A stretch of DNA of 64,000 bases from an uncultured Candidatus Saccharibacteria bacterium (GTDB taxonomy: Bacteria > Patescibacteriota > CAZHWT01). The notes under the pieces are model-generated. The model was not told where the DNA came from. It saw only the letters and a list, made by a program, of their open reading frames with translations, and did no database searches. The translations under genes were made by a program, and so were the position numbers. The stretch covers positions 15,671 through 79,670 of the forward strand of contig CAZHWT010000001.1 of assembly GCA_964536215.1 (NCBI GenBank). The letters run 5' to 3'. This document shows positions 47,931 through 57,359 of the stretch, piece by piece. Numbering within the stretch: position 1 is the stretch's first letter; the number at the start of each line of letters is the position of its first letter.

Positions 47931-48707
47931 TTAGGTCCAGGCGCTTACAAAGTACAACACGACAATAATGATTCCACTGATAAATAAATACTGCTGTTGC
48001 ATGGCGCTTGAGAGCTGGCGGGCCTGTTGGTAATGAATGAGGCCAATGATCATGCTTATGCCTCCAGCTAAGCACAGACTAGTCATAAAACTTACAGGCC
48101 AAAATGCTAGGATGGCGGCTAGTTGAGCCGCTAGCAAGGCAACTAAGAACGACCAACCAATGCTATGGGTACTGCTGCGAGATAGTTTGGCCGCCCATAA
48201 TAACGGCCAACTTACCATCCAAGAAATACCCGCCACGGAGATAATCCACTCTCCTATATTCGGCAGCATGGACAACACGAGGTAAATTAAAGCGAATACA
48301 TATACCATGCCCATTAGGCTCATGACGGTTAAGGCTTGCCGGGCTAATGGGAGCGGCCTAACTGTGGCAACATTGAGAATGTTGAGGGTAAGAATTATAC
48401 CGTAATACCCCAAACTAAAAAGACCTACACTGGTCCAAACTAACCATGACGGTACGTGAAGCCAGTGCAGCCCCCAGTAGGCGGTTAGACTGAGTAACAG
48501 AGCATACAACGGAACAATGGCCCACTCCTCTGCTCTAAGGTCAAAGTCTAGCACCCAGACGGTAGCCAGGTACGTTATGATGAGGAAAGGGATGAGACTC
48601 CAGCCACCTAAAGGCCACATAATAGTGGCAGCGAGACAAGCACTCAAGCCAATAGCGCTGATAACAAATTTTTGTCTTTTAACGGAACGTAGGTCGAATG
48701 AGGACAT
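47931..48707 (-). CDS. Hypothetical polytopic membrane protein (~8 TM)
   Basis: 258 aa, Trp-rich hydrophobic helices. No family recognised. Confidence 0.45.
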   Translation of the reverse strand: MSSFDLRSVKRQKFVISAIGLSACLAATIMWPLGGWSLIPFLIITYLATVWVLDFDLRAEEWAIVPLYALLLSLTAYWGLHWLHVPSWLVWTSVGLFSLGYYGIILTLNILNVATVRPLPLARQALTVMSLMGMVYVFALIYLVLSMLPNIGEWIISVAGISWMVSWPLLWAAKLSRSSTHSIGWSFLVALLAAQLAAILAFWPVSFMTSLCLAGGISMIIGLIHYQQARQLSSAMQQQYLFISGIIIVVLYFVSAWT

Positions 48708-48775
48708 GATGCTGTATAGTAGCGCCTGGCGCGAAGAGTGCTATTGTATTCGACTACCGGAACTGCGGTCGATCG

Positions 48776-49501
48776 TTACTCTTCGGGTAGCGTAGCGTTG
48801 GTGTATACGCGTTGAATATCGTCGTGATCGTCCAAGGTCTCAATCAACTTGAGGACTTTTTGACTGGTTTCTGTATCCACAACTAGGGAGTTTGCGGCGA
48901 TCATGTGCATTTGCGCCTCTATCTGGCCATATGGCTGCAAGGCTTGAGTTACGGCCGACTGGGTCGCTGGGTCGGTAATGACGGTCAGGACATGATTATC
49001 AGGATCGGCATCCAGGTCAATGGCTCCTGCTTCTATGGCAGCCAGAGAGGCTTCATCGGCGTCACTCCCCCCTAGCGAAACCTCCAGAACCACCTGCGGA
49101 GTAAACATCCAAGCAACTGAACCAGCTTCGCTCATAGAGCCACCCAGTTTATTAAAAATGCTGCGAAGTTCGGCGATAGTCCGATTACGATTATCGGTCA
49201 TAGCCTCGATTAGCAAAGCTGCTCCACCTGGACCATACCCTTCGTAGGTGATTTCTTCAATGTTTTCAGCGCCTGGGCCATTAACTTTGTCGATGGCCCG
49301 ATTAATATTATCTTTAGGCATGCTGGCTGCACGAGCGGCTTCGATAGCCATCTTAAGCCGTGGGTTGCCTTCTGGGTCTGGACCGCCTAGTTTAGCTGCT
49401 ACGGTAATAGCTTTGGATAGCTTGGAAAACTGCTGGCCTCGCTTGGCATCAGCAGCTCCCTTGGCGCGTTTAATTGTAGACCATTTACTGTGACCGGACA
49501 T
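48776..49501 (-). CDS. yebC: YebC/PmpR family transcriptional regulator
   Basis: MSGHSKWSTIKRAKGAADAKRG N-terminus is diagnostic. 241 aa. Confidence 0.85.
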   Translation of the reverse strand: MSGHSKWSTIKRAKGAADAKRGQQFSKLSKAITVAAKLGGPDPEGNPRLKMAIEAARAASMPKDNINRAIDKVNGPGAENIEEITYEGYGPGGAALLIEAMTDNRNRTIAELRSIFNKLGGSMSEAGSVAWMFTPQVVLEVSLGGSDADEASLAAIEAGAIDLDADPDNHVLTVITDPATQSAVTQALQPYGQIEAQMHMIAANSLVVDTETSQKVLKLIETLDDHDDIQRVYTNATLPEE

Positions 49502-49597
49502 ACTTTATTATAATTCAAATTTCAAAAGTCAAAATTGAGTATTTGAGCAGATGCCTTTGTTGTCTTTGATGGCAAGGTGATTGTACCTAGCTTGTTA

Positions 49598-49626
49598 TTG
49601 ACAAGCGGATGGGCGGCCCTTATTAT
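49598..49626 (+). promoter_or_regulatory. Sigma-70-type promoter TTGACA -N17- TATTAT
   Basis: Consensus hexamers ~115 nt upstream of ATG 49743. Confidence 0.45.
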
Positions 49627-49742
49627 AGCAAAGATTGTCTGAGTCAGCCAGTCGGGTCATATATCGAACCCCCTATGAATCATTTCCCGTACATATTTTG
49701 ACGGTTGATACCCATTAGTAGCACAAGGAGCGTTATAGAATT

Positions 49743-50567
49743 ATGAAAACTGTTCTTGAATTAGAGGATTTGGCTGCTAGAGCAGTTAAGGCTGCCTTAG
49801 CCCAGCAATGGCAAGAAGCCGAGGACTTAAACCAGCAGATTCTGGACGAAGACGCCAGCAATATTGAGGCAACTAACCGCTTGGCTCGAGCTTACACCGA
49901 GCAAGGTCAGGTAGATAAGGCTAAGCAGACGTATCAGCGCGTGCTTAGCCTTGATCCTTATAATGCCATTGCCCAGAAAAATCTGACTAAATTGGAACAA
50001 GGCGGTGGTCAGAGCGCTCGCCAAGTGAGCCAAGAAGCTTTCCTAGAAGAGCCCGGCAAGACTCGTAGCGCGCCACTAGTTGGTTCGCAAAAGAAACGAC
50101 TAGAGCAGCTTTCTTCGGGTGAGAAGCTAGACCTAGAAGCTCGTCACGGTCGCCTGGCTGTTATTACTGGCCAGGGAGCGCTGGTGGGCTATTTGGAAGA
50201 TGATCTTTCTACCCATCTGCTTAATCTGATCCATTTGGGCAATACTTATTCTGCCCACCTCATGTCAACGTCTGATACTCCACAGGTATTCCTGCGCGAA
50301 GTTAGTCAGTCGCCGCAGGCGGCCAAGTATGTGTCTTTTAGCCGAAGCCACTCTCTCCCATCGCCCGCTTCGGTTAAGTCAGGTCTGAATGACGACGTAT
50401 TTGAAACAACTTCCGACGAGACCGATGCCTGGGATAATGATGGCCTCAATGACGAATCGGCTGATGCTGACAGCGATGATGAATTTAATTCTATGTCGCT
50501 AGAGTCTATGCGCGATGAAGAAGAGAACGACTATGACTCCTCGTCTCGATCCCGAGGAGACTATTAA
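49743..50567 (+). CDS. TPR-repeat protein with acidic C-terminal tail
   Basis: TPR-like helical repeats (ARAYTEQGQVDKAKQTYQRVLSLDPYNAIAQKNL). DDE-rich C-terminus. Confidence 0.45.
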   Translation: MKTVLELEDLAARAVKAALAQQWQEAEDLNQQILDEDASNIEATNRLARAYTEQGQVDKAKQTYQRVLSLDPYNAIAQKNLTKLEQGGGQSARQVSQEAFLEEPGKTRSAPLVGSQKKRLEQLSSGEKLDLEARHGRLAVITGQGALVGYLEDDLSTHLLNLIHLGNTYSAHLMSTSDTPQVFLREVSQSPQAAKYVSFSRSHSLPSPASVKSGLNDDVFETTSDETDAWDNDGLNDESADADSDDEFNSMSLESMRDEEENDYDSSSRSRGDY

Positions 50568-50695
50568 GTAAATTGTACCGTGATTGTTTCAAGAGAGCGG
50601 ATACGGCCATGTCGTATCCGCTCTCTTTCGTTACAATTCCCGCATAATTCCCGCACCCAAGCTGGGTAGCTACCATAGAGGCCAGCTAGTCGCTT

Positions 50696-51613
50696 CTAGG
50701 TTAGGTCGTCATCATCCATGGCAGCTGGGATAGAAATTTCGCCTTGTGTAGGCGGCAGGTCGGCTGGCGCCGGCTGCGGCGCGGGAGTAGCTTTAGCTGC
50801 TGGGCTGCTTGGCTGGCTAGCCGTGCGTGTGGGCGTGGTTGAGGACTTTGATTTATTCCGTGATGAACTAGCCGGCTTTTTGGTTCTGGCCTTATTGGTA
50901 TCTGGCCGATGAGACTGACGTGGCTTATTGGACTCGGTCTCTGTGGCTGCGGCTGGCTGAGCTGTGGCGGCGACTAATGGCTCAGGCTTAAGATCTACCG
51001 CGGGGGCAGGAGCTGGAGTTGAGGTAGTCGCTAGGGTGGGTTGTGGCTCAGGTATGGGCTGTGGGGCGTGCGAAATGACGGCTGGGCCAGTCGATAGGCT
51101 GGATGGCTGAGCTGCTGGAGTCGGGGCCGCGACGGTCGATTGGTCGGCGGCTTTAATAACCTTCTCGACAGCCGCCCAACTGCCCTTAACATGATTCTTA
51201 GCAAACTGGATGGTAGCTTGGTCGCCAGGCTCACCCTCGTAGTGCTTAACCGCAGCCGTGAGCACCTTAAAGGATCCTTCTTCGCAGATTACTTCAAACT
51301 TACCATCTTTACGAGTCAACAGCCCAGTTGACTTGGCTCGCTCGACCTTAGCAATTTGCTTAAATCGGGGCTGGTCCCCACCTTTAGGATCATCGGTCAT
51401 CCGTAAGGTGTCGCCGGCTACTAGCATGGATTTAGAAGCATAGTTGGGAGGGACGATATAGCGCTGACCGTCTTCTGTCACCATTGCTTCTCCATCAAAC
51501 AGACCGACTGTCCCCTCTTCTTTTATGCCTAAGGCATTAAGTTCTCGTTTAACGATTTCTAACTGCGCCTCCATAACTTGAACGGCTTTTAGTAATTGCT
51601 CTGCTGATGCCAT
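50696..51613 (-). CDS. Hypothetical protein: ~170-aa folded N-domain plus Pro/Ala/Thr-rich basic C-terminal tail. Co-operonic with the T4CP-like ATPase.
   Basis: Start 4 nt after the stop of the upstream ATPase gene. Low-complexity C-terminal 130 aa. Confidence 0.4.
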   Translation of the reverse strand: MASAEQLLKAVQVMEAQLEIVKRELNALGIKEEGTVGLFDGEAMVTEDGQRYIVPPNYASKSMLVAGDTLRMTDDPKGGDQPRFKQIAKVERAKSTGLLTRKDGKFEVICEEGSFKVLTAAVKHYEGEPGDQATIQFAKNHVKGSWAAVEKVIKAADQSTVAAPTPAAQPSSLSTGPAVISHAPQPIPEPQPTLATTSTPAPAPAVDLKPEPLVAATAQPAAATETESNKPRQSHRPDTNKARTKKPASSSRNKSKSSTTPTRTASQPSSPAAKATPAPQPAPADLPPTQGEISIPAAMDDDDLT

Positions 51614-51616
51614 TAT

Positions 51617-54532
51617 TTATTGTCCTCCTTTAGGTATCGGTTTATCTTGGCTGGTTAAAATAATCTCTCCACTAGATTGCGAAGTAGCTATGTGGCGAAT
51701 CGGCGTGTGGCCAATGCCGCCTGGTATGCCATGGATGGTCGTGGGGGAAGGGTGAGCTACGCGGCGAGGCTTCGGCTTGGGGTTAGCTTGGGAGTTACTG
51801 TCTGATTTGTGGTTATCCGACTGTACCGAAGCGTCAAAGGTTGGAATGACTCGAGTATGCGCTGGTTGGACGATTGGACGCGATTGATGGTCAGGGTGGC
51901 CAGCAGGCTGATCTGGCGCATGAACCTCTGCCCTACTCTGGCTACCAGTAGCGCTTTGTCCCTGACGTTGTGTCGGTGATTGGGATGAGGCAAGCTGCTG
52001 CTCTGCTACTACAGTTGACTCTGTACTACTCTGCTGTTTGGCTTGAGTACCTTCGAGGTAGGAAGCGTCGCGCTGTTGATCGCGTAGGCGCTGGATGGCA
52101 ACGTCGTCGACGCCAAGCTGAAACTTTTTGAGCGTCCATTTAGCAATTTTCTCTTCGACTTGGGCTTTTGTTTTAGGCGCGTATTGACGTCGTGAGGCTT
52201 CTATAATGGCAGCGCGATGCCCCTCGTGCCGGGCAATTGGTGGTAGGGTGGCGGCGCTAAATGGTCGCGATTCCATGCCGTCAATCATTAGTTTAAGGTA
52301 AATGTGATGTTTTTCCAAAGCGACCATATCTTCGGCGCTTAAGGCAGGCGCGAATTGCTGGGCCAAGATGGAAGCATCATTGGGTCCAACAGTAAAACTA
52401 ACGGTCGTGCCAACGTTACCAAATACAGCCGTCCTGACTTCCTCTGGTAGTTGGTCAATATACTGGTGAGTAATAATTAAATTGAGACGGTATTTACGAG
52501 CTTCGGACAGAATAGTGGCAAATGAGCTGGTGGCAAAGTTCTGGAACTCATCGGCATAGACATAAAAGTCCCGACGTTGCTCTTCCGGCATGCGCACCCG
52601 GGTCATGGCAGCGTTTTGCATCCGAGAGATAATCATAGCTCCCAGCAAGGACGAGTTATCCTCTCCTAGCTTACCTTTGGATAAGTTAATGAGGAAGATC
52701 TTGCCATTATCCATTATCTGGTCAATGCGGATTGTCGATTTAGCTTGGCCCACAATATTACGGATGGTCGATGTTTGTAAAAATTGACCGACTTTGTTCT
52801 GAATTGGCGCTACGGCTTCGGTAATTAATCGATCATTGGAGGCCATAGCGGCGTATTCTTTGTTCCAGAAGTTGCGCAGTTGCTCATCCTCAATAGTGTT
52901 CACAATCACTTTGCGATACTCTTTGTCGGTCAGTAGCCGGTTGACACCGAGTAGCGTAGAGTTAGGTACTTCAACTAAGGTTAAGAAGCAATTGCGTAGA
53001 ATGTACTCCAACCGGGGACCCCAGGAATCAAACCGTCGCTTGAACACGTCCACTAGAGCCGAGGCAGTCAGATTGCCTTGGGTGGGATCGAACAGTTCGA
53101 GCATGTTTAAGCTAACTGGATTATTAGCATCGGCCGGGTCAAACAATACAACATCATCAATGCGGCTTTCGGGGATGTTGTCCAAAAGCCGGTCGATGGT
53201 ATCGCCGTGCGGGTCCATAATGGCTAAGCCTTGGCCAGCCAAAATGTCTTTCATGATCATATTTTCCATTAAGGTGGACTTACCCGTACCCGTCTTTCCA
53301 ATCATATACATGTGCCGGCGGCGGTCTTCTGGCTTAATGCCAAAATAGACATTGCGACTGCGGAAGGCTGTCTTGCCAAACACAGTATCCACGTCGGTCG
53401 GCAGGTTGAGCGGCGGCTCCAATTGCTTGGCTTTACTCCAGGCAATGGTCGGCGTTTCGACGGTCAGGTTGGGGAGGTGGTAAATAGAAGCCAATTCTTC
53501 GGCATTGAGCACAAAGTAGCTCTCATCCTCGACTGGAAATGCCCGCAGCTGGTAATCGTGAAAAATGTCCTCGGCTTTACGCTCGACTGGCGAGATGGCA
53601 AAGCTGTTCAGATGAGTCATGGAAAACTGCTTAAACGAAGCTATAATTGAGGCCAGGGCCTGCTGCGATGACTGCTCTGATTGACCAATAGACACAATAC
53701 GGAGGGCTGTTTCGAAGCCAGGCTTGTTCATCTTATTCTCGATAGCCTTAAGTTCCAGATCCTGTCCGGCGGTTAGCTCCACCTTCTCCTCTTTTTTGGC
53801 TTTTTCTGGTGGTGCAGTAGCTGGGAAAACTGACTGAATCATAAAAGCTGGCAAGGAGGTAAACTCTTTTATGACATCATTAACCATTTGGACGATAAAA
53901 TTTGTCTGTTCGGGCTTGGATAATTCACCCTTTCTCACTTTGCTGACGTATTCATAGCCAGCATCCTGCCAAATGTCTTCTAACGGCCGGACTATTAACT
54001 GCATCCAGACCTGCTCCTCATGGTTTAGGCGTTCCACGGAACCAGTGATGGCTGCCAAAGGGTCGACTTGGAAATCAACAAAGGTTTTAATGGGGTGGTA
54101 ATATTCGCGGGTCAGAGCCATTTCAGCGGCCGTAACAACGGTGTGTCCGGCTGGCAGCTGATTGATATAATCTGTATCTACTTCGGAGATATTGGCGTTG
54201 GGATATTGGGCGTAAATTTGACCCTCGACGAAAGTGCGGAAATAGGTTGGAACGTGAACAAAGAAACGAATACCTTCGTGCGTAGCGACGAGCTCAAAGC
54301 TTAAGTGCTCTTGCAATCCGGGCGTTTTGGATAGCATGCCGTGCAAGGCCGTAAACATAATCTCGGCCGAGAGCGACGTTTTGTCGTTCATTTTGGGGAC
54401 TAAAATAGACAATAGTGTCCCCGCCTCCGGTTGCTGAGGCTCAGGGGGTGTTTCTTCTAATCCTTTTCCAGCGATTGTCCAGCCTAGCACCAAGGTTCCA
54501 GTAATAAACAGGACAATAATGAGCAACAGCAT
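51617..54532 (-). CDS. TraG/TraD/VirD4-like P-loop ATPase (type IV secretion coupling-protein-like) with N-terminal TM and Q/S/P-rich C-terminal tail
   Basis: Walker A MIGKTGTGKST followed by DPHGD. Walker B YVYADEFQNF. ITHQ sensor motif, typical of TrwB/TraG-family AAD. 971 aa. Confidence 0.55.
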   Translation of the reverse strand: MLLLIIVLFITGTLVLGWTIAGKGLEETPPEPQQPEAGTLLSILVPKMNDKTSLSAEIMFTALHGMLSKTPGLQEHLSFELVATHEGIRFFVHVPTYFRTFVEGQIYAQYPNANISEVDTDYINQLPAGHTVVTAAEMALTREYYHPIKTFVDFQVDPLAAITGSVERLNHEEQVWMQLIVRPLEDIWQDAGYEYVSKVRKGELSKPEQTNFIVQMVNDVIKEFTSLPAFMIQSVFPATAPPEKAKKEEKVELTAGQDLELKAIENKMNKPGFETALRIVSIGQSEQSSQQALASIIASFKQFSMTHLNSFAISPVERKAEDIFHDYQLRAFPVEDESYFVLNAEELASIYHLPNLTVETPTIAWSKAKQLEPPLNLPTDVDTVFGKTAFRSRNVYFGIKPEDRRRHMYMIGKTGTGKSTLMENMIMKDILAGQGLAIMDPHGDTIDRLLDNIPESRIDDVVLFDPADANNPVSLNMLELFDPTQGNLTASALVDVFKRRFDSWGPRLEYILRNCFLTLVEVPNSTLLGVNRLLTDKEYRKVIVNTIEDEQLRNFWNKEYAAMASNDRLITEAVAPIQNKVGQFLQTSTIRNIVGQAKSTIRIDQIMDNGKIFLINLSKGKLGEDNSSLLGAMIISRMQNAAMTRVRMPEEQRRDFYVYADEFQNFATSSFATILSEARKYRLNLIITHQYIDQLPEEVRTAVFGNVGTTVSFTVGPNDASILAQQFAPALSAEDMVALEKHHIYLKLMIDGMESRPFSAATLPPIARHEGHRAAIIEASRRQYAPKTKAQVEEKIAKWTLKKFQLGVDDVAIQRLRDQQRDASYLEGTQAKQQSSTESTVVAEQQLASSQSPTQRQGQSATGSQSRAEVHAPDQPAGHPDHQSRPIVQPAHTRVIPTFDASVQSDNHKSDSNSQANPKPKPRRVAHPSPTTIHGIPGGIGHTPIRHIATSQSSGEIILTSQDKPIPKGGQ

Positions 54533-54633
54533 GCTCGTCTCCTTATGAGGGGTTCAAAAGCAGTCAGGTATTTTTATCGGCCGCTCTTGGTTTATGTGCG
54601 TATTGTATCACATATAGGGAGAAGGTGGAGATT

Positions 54634-54720
54634 TTGTTAAACGTTAAACGTTAAACGTTAAACGTTAATCGTTTATGATTAGCGATTAGCGATTAGCGAT
54701 TAGCGATTAGCGATTAGCGA
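54634..54720. repeat. Two adjacent heptamer microsatellites: (TAAACGT)x4-5 then (GATTAGC)x6
   Basis: Perfect tandem copies in an intergenic region. Confidence 0.7.
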
Positions 54721-54904
54721 TTAAGGGGATTTTAGCACGAGGTGGTATTTGTTTATTTTGCGTCTTGTGACTTGGTTTGGCATTTGGATTCTTGTGCCTT
54801 GGCATTTACCGGTGAGTTTGAATATTTCATAGTCGCCTGATTCCATTCCTTTAGCCCGATTATACGTATATGTATATGTATACGTATACCTTAGGATACA
54901 AAAA

Positions 54905-54930
54905 TACCGCCTAATTTGGGGCGGTACTTT
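54905..54930. terminator. Hairpin taccgcc taatttgg ggcggta flanked by A-run/T-run. Bidirectional terminator.
   Basis: 7-bp GC-rich stem with aaaa upstream and tttt downstream. Confidence 0.45.
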
Positions 54931-55083
54931 TGCATCCTGAATAAATTCAGGATAGAAAGGAGAGAGACATGGTTATTATAGTATATGCCGCACGGTTTGT
55001 CAAGCTTTGTGGTAAGTGATGGGTGATGAGTAGCAAATAGGGAAAAAACACTACCTCCTCTCCCCTGTTCCGCTACTCAGTAG

Positions 55084-56112
55084 CTAACGTGGTTGTCCCA
55101 GCCGGTTAAGGACGTCTACACCGACTACCAATTCAACATCAGCCCTTTCTCGGCCGGTTTTGGCGGCTACGGTTAAGGGGACGCCCAGCAAATTAGTAAG
55201 TCCGGCGGTTAGCCGGGTACTTTTTTCGGCAGTCATAGTGGTGTTAGCCTGTCCGGAGTCGGCTGGCTCTACAGCGACCACTTCCCCACCTAGATGGTGA
55301 GCGTATCTGGCAGTTAAAGCGGCAAGCCCCGGTACATCGGTAGCGTTCTTAACCACAATGCTCACCCCTTGGTTGACTGCCTGCTGGTCAACGAGTGTTC
55401 GTTCGACGAGCGGATCGAGTTGGTCAGTTTGACCTACCGTCATCCCCTTGTCGGTGCGACTAAAGGCCGCAGCGTCGATAGACTGAATGGTGATGCGACT
55501 ATCGTCGGCATCTCGGACTAGCCATACCGTTTGAATAAATTGCCAAGGTGACAGATTGGTACGAACCTCTGGCTGGTTTAAGAGCCACCACGGGGCCGAA
55601 GCGGTTGTCTGCCACCAGCTAGGCTTGGGCTGGCGGAGGAACAAGGCCGACCAGCTCTGTGCTTCTGGCAATACTGCCCCCGATGGTTGAATAATATACC
55701 CATTTATAGGTAGAGCTAGCGTTTGCTCGACTAATTGCTGCAGTTCTTTATAGTAGCCATTTTGCAAATAGTCGGCTGCTGTAGTCTGACCGTCTGATAG
55801 GTCGGTTGGCAATTGCAGAATTGAGAAGCCACGGTCTTCGGTCCAGACCCTCATAATGGCTAGCGATTGGAGCTGAGCGGCGTCGGAAGCAGATTGCTGG
55901 GCAATCAGGTAGACTGGGTTATCCATTGTGGAAGTAATGAAAGAATGAGGAGTGCTAGTAGGATAGGTCTTGACCGCATGACTAACCGCCAGAGCAGCGG
56001 TCACCCCCCACCAGCCGAACAAGCCAATACAGGCTATGCCAACGAGGCGGAATAGCCAGACTTTTAGACTCGACCTAGAGCGACTATGCCGCTTAGTGTG
56101 ACGGCGCTTCAT
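55084..56112 (-). CDS. Hypothetical membrane-anchored extracytoplasmic protein (possibly LytR/LCP-like)
   Basis: Basic N-terminus. Single TM (LFRLVGIACIGLFGWWGV). 342 aa. Family assignment is weak. Confidence 0.35.
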   Translation of the reverse strand: MKRRHTKRHSRSRSSLKVWLFRLVGIACIGLFGWWGVTAALAVSHAVKTYPTSTPHSFITSTMDNPVYLIAQQSASDAAQLQSLAIMRVWTEDRGFSILQLPTDLSDGQTTAADYLQNGYYKELQQLVEQTLALPINGYIIQPSGAVLPEAQSWSALFLRQPKPSWWQTTASAPWWLLNQPEVRTNLSPWQFIQTVWLVRDADDSRITIQSIDAAAFSRTDKGMTVGQTDQLDPLVERTLVDQQAVNQGVSIVVKNATDVPGLAALTARYAHHLGGEVVAVEPADSGQANTTMTAEKSTRLTAGLTNLLGVPLTVAAKTGRERADVELVVGVDVLNRLGQPR

Positions 56113-57359
56113 GGTACATACTCCTGTTTTAAGGCTTGAAAAGCAGCTGGACCATCTTCTAACGCGGTTCGAACTTTTTGCATGAGACCAAGCATGGTAT
56201 AGACATTATGGTACGAGGCTAAGCGAGCGCCGAGGATTTCACCAGCCCGGCAGAGGTGGTTAAGGTAGGCACGGGTATACGTAGTGCAGACCCAGCAGCG
56301 ACAGGTCGGATCCGGTGGTGAAAAATCCTGGCGATATTTGCCATTGGTAATAATTAAACGATAGGGGTTGGCTGAGCCTTCAGCTTTGGCTGTTTGCGGA
56401 TGAACGATAAGGGTGCCGTTGCGAGCCCAGCGGGTGGGAGTAACACAGTCGAACGTGTCTATACCCCGCTCTACGCCCATAAAAATGTCATCTATATCCC
56501 CTACTCCCAGCAAATGGCGTGGCTTGGCTGGATTGAGATGAGGCGTGCTCCATTCAACGGCTTGGCGCATTTGGTCCTTGCTCTCCCCCACCGAGACGCC
56601 GCCGACGCAATACCCGTCAAAATCGAGCGTATCAATATATTTGGCAGATTGTTGGCGTAAATCCTGATAAACGCCGCCCTGAGTAATGCCGAATAGATGT
56701 TGATGCGATTGGCCGTGCTGCTGATGATAGTCTAGGCCCCGCTTGGCCCAGGCGTGAGTACGCTGCATAGCCTCCTGAGTGTATTCATGGGTGGCTGGAT
56801 GTGGGGCACATTCATCAAAGGACAGAATAATGTCAGCGCCGATTTTGTGCTGAGTGGCTAAGGAGATTTCGGGAGTAAAACGATGAATAGAGCCGTCCAA
56901 GTGAGAGTGGAAGGTGACGCCGTCATCGTCAATGCGGGCCAGGAGGGGTGAGTTTCGAGTTTCGAGTTTCGAGTTTCGAGTTTGGGATTGGAGGGCGAGG
57001 GACGAGTCTCTTGCTGCCTTGCTGCCTTGCTGTCTTGCTGCTTTACCTAATCCAAGACTAAAAACCTGAAAACCACCGGAATCCGTAAATAAGGCGCCGG
57101 GCCAGGATTGAAATTGATGCAGCCCGCCAGCCGCGGCGATAGTGTCGGCACCCGGACGCATGTATAGGTGATAGGTGTTGCCGAGAATGAGGCGGGCACC
57201 CATATCCCATAATTCTTGCTGGGACAAGGTTTTAACCGTAGCTTGAGTGCCGACTGGAAAAAAGGCTGGCGTTTCAATGGAGCCATGGCTGGTGTTAATG
57301 CGACCACGACGAGCAGCGGTACCCGGCAGCGTTTGCAGTTGTTCAAAAAACGGCGTCAT
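56109..57359 (-). CDS. tgt: Queuine tRNA-ribosyltransferase (tRNA-guanine transglycosylase) carrying an in-frame microsatellite insertion
   Basis: Tgt motifs (LILGNTYHLYMRPG; zinc site CRCWVC...H). 416 aa. Extra ~40 aa (KAARQQGSKAARDSS...TRNSKLETRNSKLETRNSPL) are encoded by the repeats at 56950-57041. Confidence 0.85.
   Translation of the reverse strand: MTPFFEQLQTLPGTAARRGRINTSHGSIETPAFFPVGTQATVKTLSQQELWDMGARLILGNTYHLYMRPGADTIAAAGGLHQFQSWPGALFTDSGGFQVFSLGLGKAARQQGSKAARDSSLALQSQTRNSKLETRNSPLLARIDDDGVTFHSHLDGSIHRFTPEISLATQHKIGADIILSFDECAPHPATHEYTQEAMQRTHAWAKRGLDYHQQHGQSHQHLFGITQGGVYQDLRQQSAKYIDTLDFDGYCVGGVSVGESKDQMRQAVEWSTPHLNPAKPRHLLGVGDIDDIFMGVERGIDTFDCVTPTRWARNGTLIVHPQTAKAEGSANPYRLIITNGKYRQDFSPPDPTCRCWVCTTYTRAYLNHLCRAGEILGARLASYHNVYTMLGLMQKVRTALEDGPAAFQALKQEYVP
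56950..57041. repeat. Intragenic microsatellites inside tgt: (GAGTTTC)x5 at 56950-56984 and (CTTGCTGC)x4 at 57010-57041
   Basis: Perfect or near-perfect tandem heptamer and octamer copies, translated in frame as KLETRNS repeats and AARQ/GSKAAR. Confidence 0.8.

Noticed and set aside
52836-53650. Plus-strand ORFs of 170 and 112 aa
   Set aside because: Antisense within the TraG/VirD4-like ATPase CDS. Spurious.
54634-54720. Possible CRISPR array (regular short repeats)
   Set aside because: Units are 7 nt with no spacers. They are microsatellites, not 24-40-nt repeats with unique spacers. No cas genes are present.
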